Assembly: GCA_044226625.1 (NCBI GenBank)
Contig: JBGAGQ010000017.1
Coordinates: 1-64,000 of the forward strand
DNA length: 64,000 nucleotides
From: Thermoanaerobaculia bacterium
Lineage (GTDB): Bacteria > Acidobacteriota > Thermoanaerobaculia > Multivoradales > UBA5704
Reading direction: 5' to 3'
Shown: positions 19,614-29,264 of the stretch, piece after piece
Layout of the letters: every line of letters begins with the position of its first letter
Numbering within the stretch: the first letter of the stretch is position 1
Notes under the pieces: generated by a model
What the model was told of the DNA's origin: nothing
What the model saw: the letters and a program-made list of their open reading frames with translations, nothing else
Database searches by the model: none
Position numbers and translations under genes: made by a program

Positions 19614-20678
19614 GTGACGGAACGGATCAATCTCGACGACTACGAGCGGGCGGCGCGCGAGGCGTTGCCGGCGATGGTCTACGACTACTACGCTGGTGGC
19701 GCGGGCGACGAGATCTCGGTTCGCGACAACGTCGCGTCGTGGGGGAGGATTCGGCTGCGCCCGCGCGTCCTGGTCGACGTTTCGCGCTGCGACCTGTCGA
19801 CCGAGGTGCTCGGCGCGAAGATCGAGATGCCGGTGCTCACCGCCCCTTGCGCGATGAACTCTCTCGCGCATCCGGACGGTGAGCTGGCGGTCGCCCGGGC
19901 CGCTGCGAGGGCGGGGGTGGTCCAGGTGGTGAGCACGCTTTCGTCCTATCGGCTGGAAGAGATCGCCGCCGCATCCTCAGGCCCGCGCTGGTTTCAGCTC
20001 TACTGCTATCGCGACTGGGGGCTCACGCGGGAGCTGGTCGAGCGTGCCGAGGCGGCGGGATTCCGGGCGCTCTGTCTCACGGTCGACGGCTCGATCCCCG
20101 GCGTCCGCGAGCGCGACGCGCGGAATCGCTTCCGGGTGCCGTCGGAGCTGCGGGCCGGCAACTTCGCGCACCGTATGCCGGACGCGCCGGACGGCTCGTC
20201 TCTGCTCAAGTACGTCGCCGACCAGTTCGATCCCGCCCTCACCTGGGATTCGGTCGACCGGCTCCGTTCCCTCTCGAAGCTCCCGGTGTTGGTGAAGGGG
20301 GTGCTCACCGGCGAGGACGCCCGCCTCGCCGTCGAGCGCGGCGTCGCGGCCATCGTCGTCTCGAACCACGGCGGGCGCCAAATCGATACGGCGATCGCTC
20401 CGGCGGATGCCCTGGCGGAAGTCGTGGCGGCCGTGGACGGCGCGGTCGAGGTCTTCGTCGACGGGGGTATCCGGCGCGGTACCGACGTTCTCAAGGCGCT
20501 CGCCCTCGGTGCCCGCGCGGTGCTGATCGGCCGGCCCTACCTCTGGGCGCTCGCGGTCGAGGGAGAGGCAGGCGTGGAGCGGATTCTAGGTCTCCTGCGC
20601 GAAGAGATCCGGCTCGCGATGGCGCTCTCCGGATGCCCGAGCGTCGCCTCGATCACGCCCGACCGGGTGCTCCGATGA
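19614..20678 (+). CDS. FMN-dependent alpha-hydroxy acid oxidase (glycolate/lactate oxidase family)
   Basis: YDYYAGGA, WFQLY, LTVD, VSNHGGRQID, DGGIRRGTD, IGRP. Confidence 0.93.
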   Translation: MTERINLDDYERAAREALPAMVYDYYAGGAGDEISVRDNVASWGRIRLRPRVLVDVSRCDLSTEVLGAKIEMPVLTAPCAMNSLAHPDGELAVARAAARAGVVQVVSTLSSYRLEEIAAASSGPRWFQLYCYRDWGLTRELVERAEAAGFRALCLTVDGSIPGVRERDARNRFRVPSELRAGNFAHRMPDAPDGSSLLKYVADQFDPALTWDSVDRLRSLSKLPVLVKGVLTGEDARLAVERGVAAIVVSNHGGRQIDTAIAPADALAEVVAAVDGAVEVFVDGGIRRGTDVLKALALGARAVLIGRPYLWALAVEGEAGVERILGLLREEIRLAMALSGCPSVASITPDRVLR

Positions 20679-21112
20679 CGACCCTCTCGATCCGCAAAGA
20701 GGCCGAGATCTCGGCGGAGGATCGCGAACGGATCATCGACGGCCTCCGCGCCCACAATCGCAAGAACGCCCCGGTCCCCACCTGGCGTTTGCTCCATCTG
20801 CTTCTCCGCGCCGAGGACGGCACGATCCACGGCGGCCTGCTCGCCGAATCGGGCTGGGAGTGGATGCAGGTCCAATTCCTCTGGGTCGACGACGCCCTCC
20901 GCGGCCAGGGCTGGGGCCAGGCGCTCCTCGCCCAAGCCGAGGAAGAAGCCCGCGCCCACGGCTGCCGCGCGATCTGGCTCGATACCCACGACTTCCAGGC
21001 GCCCGCATTTTACGAGCGGCTGGGATATCGGCTGTTCGGGGTGCTGGACGACTATCCGGCGGGGTTCAAGCGGTATTTCTACTCGAAGAGCTTGGCGGGA
21101 CCACCCGCCTGA
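20675..21112 (+). CDS. GNAT N-acetyltransferase
   Basis: LWVDDALRGQGWG, LDTHDFQAPAFYERLGY; ATGA overlap with the oxidase. Confidence 0.88.
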   Translation: MTTLSIRKEAEISAEDRERIIDGLRAHNRKNAPVPTWRLLHLLLRAEDGTIHGGLLAESGWEWMQVQFLWVDDALRGQGWGQALLAQAEEEARAHGCRAIWLDTHDFQAPAFYERLGYRLFGVLDDYPAGFKRYFYSKSLAGPPA

Positions 21113-21220
21113 GGAGGGCGGATCTGCCAGTTCAACCTCGGCCGGTGGCGGGTTGGTCATGCCTCTCCGCGTACGTCTGGCCTTCTAGACAACGCGTCCG
21201 CCGGGGAATATCTTTTTCTC

Positions 21221-21472
21221 ATGAGAACAGAGGTCCATCTCGAAGGCGAACTTCTGACCGAGGCTGAGCGTTTCGCGCTGGCCCGAGGCGCGACCCTCCA
21301 GGCATTGGTCGAAGAAGCGGTTCGCCGTCTTCTTCGCGACAAGGAGTCGCGCCGTCCGGAGTCCATGCCGGAGCTCCCCACCTGGGGAACAGGTTGGTTG
21401 CGGCCTGGTGTAAATCTCGACCGCAACGTCGACCTCCTCGACCTGATGGACCCGGATGATGCTCCTTTTTGA
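21221..21472 (+). CDS. vapB: VapB-like antitoxin
   Basis: MRTxV.L..ELL.EA..A..G.TL..LVEEAVRR (RHH-like); LRPGVNLD; overlaps a PIN-domain gene. Confidence 0.8.
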   Translation: MRTEVHLEGELLTEAERFALARGATLQALVEEAVRRLLRDKESRRPESMPELPTWGTGWLRPGVNLDRNVDLLDLMDPDDAPF

Positions 21473-21887
21473 CGTCAATATCCTGGTCTACGCCCACCGA
21501 AAAGACGGCCCGCATTTCTCGCGTTTTCAGCCTTGATTGAAGGACGAGTTGGATGGGGCTCAAGCCTTCGGAATGGCTGACGTCGTGCTCAGTGGTTTCG
21601 TCCGGGTTGTGACCAACCCCAGAGTCTTCAGCGAACCGACTCCAATCGAGATCGCGTTGGCCTTCGGAGAGGCGATTCGATCACGTCCGAATTGTGTCCC
21701 CGTCGTGGCAGGGCCGAGCCATTGGAGGATTTTTTCGGATCTCTGTCGCGCGGTGGATGCGCGAGGAAATCTGGTCTCCGACGCCCATTTGGCGGCGCTC
21801 GCGATCGAATCGAATTGCGAGTTGATCTCCATGGACGCCGATTTCGGAAAGTTCTCCGGGCTTCGTTGGCGCCAACCTTTCGGCTGA
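21456..21887 (+). pseudogene. vapC: VapC PIN-domain toxin interrupted by an in-frame TGA at 21534-21536
   Basis: MMLLFDVNILVYAHR..QP*LKDEL..GFVRVVTNPR..GNLVSDAHLAALAIE..D.DF.KFSGLRW; the stop sits where homologues usually have Trp. Confidence 0.8.
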
Positions 21888-21909
21888 GGCCCGGCTCAGC
21901 GAGCCCACC

Positions 21910-23190
21910 TCAGCGGTGGTCTAGAGCGGACCGGCGCGCCAGCCGTTCCGCGACCTGCTCGGCCACGCGGTCTTCGGCGGAGTACCTTTCGAGGACCCTC
22001 GCGAATTTTCGGCATTCTTCGCTCAGCTTCTCGTCGACGAGCGCCGTTTGGATCTGCTCGGCGAGACGATCGAGGTTTCGGACCCTTCGGGCCAGACCGG
22101 CCCGTTCGAGGCGAGCGGCGTAGTCGAACTGGTCGTAGTCGACCGGATGGGCGAGGGCGGGCTTTCCGGCGCGTAGGGTGTGGAAGAGGACCCCCGTTCC
22201 CGCGTGGTGGACGATCAATCGGTAGCGGGGGAGATCTCGCACGTAGGAGACATAGCCGAGCCGGACGAAGTTGCCGTCGGCTTCGAATCGGTCGCTCTCC
22301 ACCCGGCCGTCCGTGAAGTGGAAGTCGATCTCCGGAAGGGCTCGGGCCGCGCGGCGGACGGCGTCCGCCACCGCGTCTTTCTTCCACGGGAGGTGCGTGC
22401 CGAGGCTGACGAGAATGGCGGGGCGCCCGTCGCGGATCGGCGGCTCGGGGACCGTCGTCGGCGGGGTGTAAGAGATCGGGCCGATCAGCTCGACGTGGGC
22501 GGGCCAGGTGCGGGGGAATTCGAGCTCGGGGACGGTGAGCGCGAAGATCCGCTCCGGCGAGTAGGCCGCCTCGGTGCCGTCGTCGCGATAGAGACTCGGA
22601 AAGCCGAGCGATCGAATGGCGTCGCGATAGAGCCAGGAGACGCCGCGTTTGAACGCGCGAATCGTCGCCCGGCCGGCGGCGTCTCGCAGACGTCCGAGAC
22701 CTGCCCCGAGGAGGCCGCGACCCGGAGCGAGGCCGCCGACGTAGGCGGGAGGCCCGTCGGGCGTTTCGATCACGGCGGGGGAGACGTGCTGGGTCCACCA
22801 CGGAATGCCGAGCTCGCGGGCGAGCGAACCGGCGACCGGGGCGGTGAAATCGGCGATCAACAGGTCGGGTGGCCCCTCCGCGGTCCAGACTGCGCGGATC
22901 TCCTCGCGGAAGGCGAGCAGCAACCGAAGGTTTTCGCGCAGTTGGGCGTGCAGGCGCACCGGGTTGCTTCCCACCGCGTGCGGCGGCTCGACGATCGCGC
23001 GGATCTCGGCGTCCCGGCCGGGGAGGACCGCGCGTCCCGAGAGCCCCGCCGCCTCGATCTCCTTCTGCGCCCCCTCGGTGCTGATCACGCGAACGTCCCA
23101 ATCCCGCGCGAGCCGCCGGCCGAGGCCGAGCAGCGGATGGAGGTGCCCGGCGAACGGCGGGGCGACGAGGTCGATCTTCGCGCGGCTCAT
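21910..23190 (-). CDS. GT1/MGT-family glycosyltransferase
   Basis: PPFAGHLHP, VSLGT, VHHAGTG, DYDQF. Confidence 0.85.
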   Translation of the reverse strand: MSRAKIDLVAPPFAGHLHPLLGLGRRLARDWDVRVISTEGAQKEIEAAGLSGRAVLPGRDAEIRAIVEPPHAVGSNPVRLHAQLRENLRLLLAFREEIRAVWTAEGPPDLLIADFTAPVAGSLARELGIPWWTQHVSPAVIETPDGPPAYVGGLAPGRGLLGAGLGRLRDAAGRATIRAFKRGVSWLYRDAIRSLGFPSLYRDDGTEAAYSPERIFALTVPELEFPRTWPAHVELIGPISYTPPTTVPEPPIRDGRPAILVSLGTHLPWKKDAVADAVRRAARALPEIDFHFTDGRVESDRFEADGNFVRLGYVSYVRDLPRYRLIVHHAGTGVLFHTLRAGKPALAHPVDYDQFDYAARLERAGLARRVRNLDRLAEQIQTALVDEKLSEECRKFARVLERYSAEDRVAEQVAERLARRSALDHR

Positions 23191-23777
23191 GGGATCGAGA
23201 AGGTTCCGCGGATCTCCGCGAGGTAGGAGACGCAAAGGGCGAACACCGCCGGATCGTCGAGATAGCCGAGATGGTTCGAGGCGACGCGGACGATGGGCTC
23301 CGTCAGCCCGGCGCGCCCGGTTCGAAAGAAGAGGCGCGAGATCAGGTCCCGCCCCTGAACGAAGCAGGCGTCGCAGGCCGGAAGCCGTCGGGCGACCGGG
23401 CCGTAGGCGAAGACGTGGATCCGGGCGAGGTCGGCGTGGGGAAGGTCGAGATTGTGGAGCAGCTCCAGGCCGGAGCTACCGGCGAGGAAGAGAGTCCGGT
23501 CGGCGCGGCGAAGGCGGGCGAGCACGGAAGGGCGAAAGGCGGCGGAAAAGGCAGGGCGCCGAGAGCGGAGGTAGAGCGACAGATTGTGGAAGCTCGCGAG
23601 CGGCAGCGGTGTCCTGCGGAAGGTCTGTGGAATGTCTGGGTAGGGGAAATTGGTCCGGACCTTCCACTCGGCCGGAGCGGGAAGCGCTTCGAGAAACTCC
23701 GTCTGCTCGGGGCTCAAGGCGGCGTTGCCCGGGTTGCTCTGGCCGGTGAGGAAAGCGATCTGAAGCGGAAGCGTCAT
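23187..23777 (-). CDS. Hypothetical protein, possible alpha/beta-hydrolase fold
   Basis: IAFLTGQS, LAGSSGLELL, NHLGYL; overlaps the downstream GT1 gene. Confidence 0.65.
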   Translation of the reverse strand: MTLPLQIAFLTGQSNPGNAALSPEQTEFLEALPAPAEWKVRTNFPYPDIPQTFRRTPLPLASFHNLSLYLRSRRPAFSAAFRPSVLARLRRADRTLFLAGSSGLELLHNLDLPHADLARIHVFAYGPVARRLPACDACFVQGRDLISRLFFRTGRAGLTEPIVRVASNHLGYLDDPAVFALCVSYLAEIRGTFSIP

Positions 23778-23785
23778 CCGTGGTT

Positions 23786-24961
23786 TCAATCGACCGGGGT
23801 GAAGTGACGGTCGTCGTGCACCCGATAGCGTCGCGTCCGCCAGACGATCCGCCGCGAGAAGACAGCGTGCAGCAGATGGAACGGCTGGAGCAGCTCGCTC
23901 GCGATCGAGGCGAACGGCGCTTCGAGGACTCGGCCGTAGATCGCGCGCTGGAGTGCGGCGAGGCCGAGGCCGCGGAGGGCGAACGTGCCCACCAGGATTT
24001 GGAGACCGGCGAGGCTCGGGACGATCGCCGAGAGGACGACCAGCGCGAGCAAGAGAAGCGGCGGCAGGGCATGCAGCCCGCCGATCAGGGCGCGAATCCG
24101 CAACGGCTGCTTCTTGAGCAGCAACAGGGCGAACAGAAACCACCGGTGCATCAGCTGTCGATAGTGCCTGCCGTCGCGGACCGTCGTCTCGACCCAATGA
24201 GGCCTCGCGCTCTGGAAGATCGTTCCGCCGCTCGCGAGCACACCCTCCGCGACGGCGAGGTCGTCCGTAAGTGCCCTCAACATCCCGCCGAACCCTCCTC
24301 CCTCGGTGAGCTTTTCCCTCCGCAACGCATACGCCATGCCGTTGATCGTGAGCGGATCTTGGACGGGGAGAAGCGGCAGGTACGTCATCGCAGCGTTGTT
24401 GTCGACGAACTGGGCGAGCCACCGCGAAGGCCACCGTCCGTCGTCCAAGTACCCTGGCAGGCTCGTCGCGATCGAATGCCGTTCGAGCGCCGCGATCAGC
24501 GCCGCGAGCGTCCGACCCGGCATGCGCGTGTCGTCGTCGAGCACCAGGAAGACCGGCTCGGCGGTTGCCGCCCCTAACGCCACCCGAGCCGCTTCGAGCT
24601 TCCAGAGCTTCGGGTTCACGCCATCCGGCGGTTGGGGATGGATGGAGATCTCGATCTTCACTTTCGAATGCCGCGCCGCCAGATCGCGGCAGATCCGCTG
24701 CGCTTCGAGGTCGTCCTCGTCGACGAGCCAGAGGAAGCGCGCGGCCGGCAACTCGTGGAGGTTGTCGCCGAGCACCGCGCCGAGTCGGGGATCGCCCGAG
24801 AGGATCGGTTGCGCGATCGCGACCCCCGCGCCGTCGGACGGCGGGAGAACCTCCTCCTTCCGGGCGACGCGCACCGCGAAGAGCGCTTTCGTTCCCGAGA
24901 TCGCGAGATAGAGCGCAGCGACCGCAGCGAGCGCGGCCACGCCGGGGACAGGAGAGATCAT
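23786..24961 (-). CDS. Ceramide-glucosyltransferase-like (GT21/GT2) membrane glycosyltransferase
   Basis: QPILSGD, NPK, DDDT, TDDLAV, LMHRW; TM segments at both ends. Confidence 0.8.
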   Translation of the reverse strand: MISPVPGVAALAAVAALYLAISGTKALFAVRVARKEEVLPPSDGAGVAIAQPILSGDPRLGAVLGDNLHELPAARFLWLVDEDDLEAQRICRDLAARHSKVKIEISIHPQPPDGVNPKLWKLEAARVALGAATAEPVFLVLDDDTRMPGRTLAALIAALERHSIATSLPGYLDDGRWPSRWLAQFVDNNAAMTYLPLLPVQDPLTINGMAYALRREKLTEGGGFGGMLRALTDDLAVAEGVLASGGTIFQSARPHWVETTVRDGRHYRQLMHRWFLFALLLLKKQPLRIRALIGGLHALPPLLLLALVVLSAIVPSLAGLQILVGTFALRGLGLAALQRAIYGRVLEAPFASIASELLQPFHLLHAVFSRRIVWRTRRYRVHDDRHFTPVD

Positions 24962-25944
24962 GCGTTCCGGTCCCGAGCGAGCTGCCAGCGGACGAACGCC
25001 TCGATCCCTTCGGCGAGCGACACCGACGGTGGGCCGAAATCGGCGAGCATCTTCGTCACGTCGAACGTCTTCGACCAGGCGAAGACCCCGACGCCGAAGC
25101 GGGTGATCGGCGGCTCGCCCGAAAGCCGGAAGAAGCGCCAGACGAGCTCCAGCACGGTCGCCGCGACGAAAGCCCTGCGGACCGAGACCGTCCGTTTCGG
25201 CGCGGGCAGGCCGAGCCGCTCGAACAGATCGAGCAGCAGCGGCTGGATCGCGACCGGTTCGGCGTTCGTCAGGTTGTAGACGCCGGAGAGATCGGAACGC
25301 AGGCACGCGGACAAGAGATAGTCCGCGAGCGTGTCGACGTAGATCAAGTCGCCGATCGCGGGCGGCGCATCGCCGGTGTCGAAGCGGGGGAGCTTCCCCT
25401 TTTTCGCCGCGGCGAGGATGCGCGGGAAGAGGACCGTGTCGCCGGGTCCAAACACCGCGCGCGGTCGGGCGATCAGCCACGAGCCCGGATAGGCCTGGAC
25501 CAGGCGCTCCCCTTCGGCTTTCGTCTCGGCGTAGCGGTTTACGAACGCCGGCCCCACGGGGGACGCCTCGGAGAGGCCGAGCTGCGGGCCGTCGCGGTAG
25601 AGCACGGAGCTCGACGAGACGTAGATCAGCCGCGGTCGGCCGTTCGCGAGCGCGTACTCGATCACCCGGCGCGTCGCCTCGACGTTGTCGCGGCGGTACT
25701 CCTCGATCGTCCCCCAGGGAGTCGCCCGCGCCGCGGCGTGGAGGATCACGTCGGGGACGAACTCTGGATCGGACAACCGATCGAACGGTCGCGAGAGGTC
25801 GATCGAGCTGTAGGTCGGGTCGGGCAGCGCCCGCCGTCCGATCCCATGAATCGCCAGGTCCGGCCGATCCCGAAACCGCGCGACGAACCGACCGCCGACG
25901 AAGCCGGAGGCTCCCGTGACGAGGATGCGCGTGACGTGCTTCAC
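24958..25944 (-). CDS. NAD-dependent epimerase/dehydratase (3-beta-HSD-like)
   Basis: TGASGFVG, YAETK, RPRAVFGPGD. Confidence 0.88.
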   Translation of the reverse strand: MKHVTRILVTGASGFVGGRFVARFRDRPDLAIHGIGRRALPDPTYSSIDLSRPFDRLSDPEFVPDVILHAAARATPWGTIEEYRRDNVEATRRVIEYALANGRPRLIYVSSSSVLYRDGPQLGLSEASPVGPAFVNRYAETKAEGERLVQAYPGSWLIARPRAVFGPGDTVLFPRILAAAKKGKLPRFDTGDAPPAIGDLIYVDTLADYLLSACLRSDLSGVYNLTNAEPVAIQPLLLDLFERLGLPAPKRTVSVRRAFVAATVLELVWRFFRLSGEPPITRFGVGVFAWSKTFDVTKMLADFGPPSVSLAEGIEAFVRWQLARDRNA

Positions 25945-27275
25945 GCCGCCGCCTCGGCCCGGTTGAGGCAGCGGATGCGCCGCCGCTTTTCACCGAGGGG
26001 AAGATCGGTCCAAGGATCGGCGAGGACGACCGGCGCTCGAATTCCGAGCCGCTTCGCCAAGGCTCCGATCTCCCGCTCGATCTCGATCATGACCGCCGGG
26101 CTCGTCGTCGCCAGCCGCCATCGGTTCCCCTCCTGCGTCACCCGGTACTCACCGAGCCCGTCGACGCGAGACATCGCGTTGCGCACCAGATCGGGAAACA
26201 CGGCGACCGGCCCGCCCCCCTCGATCGCTATGCCCCAAAGCACGTCGTCCGCCCGGCCTTCGATGGCTTCCAGACTCAACGTCGGCCGGCCACACGAACA
26301 TTCACCGTCGGCGAGCCGAAGCACGTCGTCCAGCCGATACCGCACCACCAGCTGCGTCGTGCGCGAAACGTCGGTCACGATCGGCACGAACCGCCGCCGC
26401 TCCGCGTCGAGCCATTCCATCTCGAAAACCATCTGCTCCTCGTTCAGATGCACGCGCCCCGCGGGGCAGCTCGCGCCCAAGAATCCCTCGGTCGCCTGGT
26501 ACACCTGCTGCACCGGCACGCCCCAGGCTTCCACAATCGCTCGAGCGTCCTCCGGCTCCAGAACCTCCGCGACCGAGACGACCTGTCGCGGCGCAATGTG
26601 GAGAGCCCTTTCCGACAACCCTCCTCCCTCGGTGAGCTTTTTCAACACCGAGGCCGGCGCGACCAAGACATCCGGCGGGTGTGCGTTCAACCTCCGCAGG
26701 TGCTCTTCCCAAGGTGCCCACAAATCGAAGAACTGAAAATCGATCCGCGTGCTCCCGAGGGTGGTGTAGAGGTTGCTGTTCGCGCGGAGAAAAAAAGCGA
26801 TCACCAAGGGAGGCCGGTTTCGGCCGATCACCTGACGCAACCCGTCCCGCGTCAGCAGACGGGCGAGCAGAAGCCCCGCCCAGCGAGCGCGTTCGGCCGC
26901 CGAGACGAGGAAGACGCCGCGCTGTCCGGAGGTGCCGCTGGAAAGGCCGACCGTCAGCTCCTCTCCGTCGACCGTAAGCGTCGGCCGGAAGTCGCGGCTC
27001 CGCTCCGCCTCGAGCGCTACGTCGAGAGCGCGATCGAGCGGCACGCCGAAGGTGTTGAAACCGGCGAAGTCGGCGAGCATCGTCCGCTTGTCGACGATCG
27101 GCAGCTGGTCGAACGGCTTGTCGACGAAGGGTTGGTAGAAGCGCGCCTGGGGAAGGGTTCTGGCCAGGAACTTCGCGAGCCGCCTTTGCTGCATTTCGAG
27201 GAGCGCGGCGCGGTCTTTCGGGTGCGGCCCCCAGCGCTCCCCAGCGAAGGCGGCGATCGAACGAAGGGAGGTCAT
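25941..27275 (-). CDS. F390 synthetase/PaaK-like adenylate-forming enzyme
   Basis: VGLSSGTSG.RG.F, FFLRANSNLY, VYQATEG, RYRLDD, IEGRADD. Confidence 0.87.
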   Translation of the reverse strand: MTSLRSIAAFAGERWGPHPKDRAALLEMQQRRLAKFLARTLPQARFYQPFVDKPFDQLPIVDKRTMLADFAGFNTFGVPLDRALDVALEAERSRDFRPTLTVDGEELTVGLSSGTSGQRGVFLVSAAERARWAGLLLARLLTRDGLRQVIGRNRPPLVIAFFLRANSNLYTTLGSTRIDFQFFDLWAPWEEHLRRLNAHPPDVLVAPASVLKKLTEGGGLSERALHIAPRQVVSVAEVLEPEDARAIVEAWGVPVQQVYQATEGFLGASCPAGRVHLNEEQMVFEMEWLDAERRRFVPIVTDVSRTTQLVVRYRLDDVLRLADGECSCGRPTLSLEAIEGRADDVLWGIAIEGGGPVAVFPDLVRNAMSRVDGLGEYRVTQEGNRWRLATTSPAVMIEIEREIGALAKRLGIRAPVVLADPWTDLPLGEKRRRIRCLNRAEAAA

Positions 27276-28135
27276 CCTCGGCGCAACGCGTCGAACGTTT
27301 CGGTGCAGTGGGAGGGGACGATCGTGAGCTCAGGGTGACCCGTCGCGACCTTTTTCAGTCCTCCGAGCGTCGCCTTGTAGTCGCCCCAATCGGCGAACAA
27401 CGGGCGGGCGAGGAAGGTGGGTAGGCGCTGCTCCCGCCAGGCGCGGGCCGACCAGCAAGAGTCGGCGGCGAGGAGGACCGGGGCGTCCTCTTCGGTCCGC
27501 AGCAATACGCCCAGCTGCGCCGGACTGTGGCCGGGGAGCGGGATGCCGATCAGGCTTCGATCGCCGATCAGGTCGTAACCTCTCGAAAACGGCGCGAAGG
27601 AGGGGCCGAGATCGACCGGCGCCAGCGAGTCGGCCAGATCGAGGCGCGACTCGAAGTCGTCCGGCAGGAGATCCGGCAGGACGCCGCGCCGGAGCGCCGC
27701 GAAGCCGCGGACGGCGTTCGGGCCTAGATGCGCCGCGACGTCCCGCTCGAGCGCGGTGAAGCAGGAACGCGGCAGGTCGCGCAGACCCGCCACGTGGTCG
27801 GCGTGTAGATGGGAGATGAGAACCCGGGAGATCTCCGGCAGGGCGACGCCGAGGGCGCGAAGCTGGGTTTCGAGGCGCTCCTCCTCGGGGAGACGGACGG
27901 GGGTGAGCCAGCGGTAGATGCGCCCGGGGAATCGCTCGGTTGCCTGCTCGAAGCGGTCCGCGTACCCCGTGTCGTAGAGGATCGGCCCGGCGGTGGGGTG
28001 GAGGATCAGCGCCACGAGCGCGGGGAAATCGATCGGGCCGAATCTACCGCCGCGGATCGTCACCCATTCGGGATGGCGGCAGCGGCCGACCCGGAGGAGC
28101 CGGAGCCCCACGCGCGGCTGCGGTCCGAGGCTCAA
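27272..28135 (-). CDS. MBL-fold metallo-hydrolase
   Basis: LYDTGY, SHLHADHVAG, LPGHS, AADS, PSH. Confidence 0.88.
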   Translation of the reverse strand: MSLGPQPRVGLRLLRVGRCRHPEWVTIRGGRFGPIDFPALVALILHPTAGPILYDTGYADRFEQATERFPGRIYRWLTPVRLPEEERLETQLRALGVALPEISRVLISHLHADHVAGLRDLPRSCFTALERDVAAHLGPNAVRGFAALRRGVLPDLLPDDFESRLDLADSLAPVDLGPSFAPFSRGYDLIGDRSLIGIPLPGHSPAQLGVLLRTEEDAPVLLAADSCWSARAWREQRLPTFLARPLFADWGDYKATLGGLKKVATGHPELTIVPSHCTETFDALRRG

Positions 28136-29163
28136 TAGCGAATTACCATGCCGCCGATCTGGATCCCCGCGCCGGTGCCGATGAGAAGCGCTGGGTCGCC
28201 ACGGCGCAGCCGGCCGGAACGGACCGCCTCGTGGAGCGCGCTAGGCAACGACGCGCCTACCTGGTTGCCCTGACCGGCGAAGAGGTCGATCACCTGCTCC
28301 TTGCGAAGGTCGAAGCGGCGTCGCAGGTAGTCGAGGGCGTGACGGCTCGCCTGGTGCGGCACGACGACCGGGATGTCCGAGAGCGCGAGGCCGGATGCGT
28401 CGAGCAACGCTTCGAGAAACGAGGGGAGGCGCTCGGCGGCGAGGCGAAAGACCGCCTTGCCGTCCATTCGGAAGAGTGTGAGCGGGAGGTAGGGCCCGGC
28501 GATCCGCCCCGGGTGGTGACGCGAACCGCCCCCCGGGATCTCGCAGGTATGCGCACCGTCGGAGATCGTCGCGAAGGAGCTCGCGAGCAGGGCGGACGAG
28601 TCGCCGGGATCCGCCGGACCGACGACCGCTGCCGCCGCGCCATCTCCGAAGATTCCGCTCGCTTCGAGTTTGGTCCAATCGAGTCCGCAGGAGGCGACGT
28701 CGGAGGAGACGATCAGGATCCGCCGATAACGGCCGGCCTCGATCAAGCAGGCCGCCGTATCGAGGGCGACCAGGAAGGAGAGGCAGCTCGCACCGATGTC
28801 GAAGGAGGGGATCGCGAAGTCGGAAAGGCCGAGCGCGCGATGGAGGAGCGCCCCATTGCACGGCATCGCCTGGTCCGGGGTGCCGGAAGCGGCGATCAGG
28901 CAGTCGAGGTCGGAAAGCTCGAGGCCGGCGGCGGCGAGCGCGCCGCGCGCGGCCTCAGCGCCGAGCGCCGCCGCGCTTCGCGTCTCGACGTACCGGCGCT
29001 CGACGCCGGTCTTCTTGCGCACCGTGCCCCGCGGAAGGCCGAGCGTGAGGTCGAGCTGCTCGCTCGGAACCTCGTCCGCCGGCAGCGCCGCTCCGGTTCC
29101 GAGCAGGCGCACGGCCCGCGGACGGAGCGGGGAACCGGGACGGGCGGACGGGCGGTTGATCAT
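28132..29163 (-). CDS. 3-oxoacyl-ACP synthase III (FabH-like) family protein
   Basis: Cys-His-Asn triad in GASCLSF, PHQAS, GNQVGAS; FGDGAAA. Confidence 0.9.
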   Translation of the reverse strand: MINRPSARPGSPLRPRAVRLLGTGAALPADEVPSEQLDLTLGLPRGTVRKKTGVERRYVETRSAAALGAEAARGALAAAGLELSDLDCLIAASGTPDQAMPCNGALLHRALGLSDFAIPSFDIGASCLSFLVALDTAACLIEAGRYRRILIVSSDVASCGLDWTKLEASGIFGDGAAAAVVGPADPGDSSALLASSFATISDGAHTCEIPGGGSRHHPGRIAGPYLPLTLFRMDGKAVFRLAAERLPSFLEALLDASGLALSDIPVVVPHQASRHALDYLRRRFDLRKEQVIDLFAGQGNQVGASLPSALHEAVRSGRLRRGDPALLIGTGAGIQIGGMVIRY

Positions 29164-29264
29164 CGTCGGAAAAGAGGCTTCAAAGTAGCACGCCTCGCTC
29201 CATCGACTACAGGTCGCGGGGTTCTGTACCCTGGCGTCGACGCCATCCGCTACCATCCCCCTCC

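Noticed and set aside
21534-21536. In-frame TGA in vapC as Sec, or as evidence of a UGA=Trp genetic code
   Set aside because: It is not a Cys/Sec position and has no SECIS-like stem. TGA is a normal stop throughout the window, and prfB is intact.
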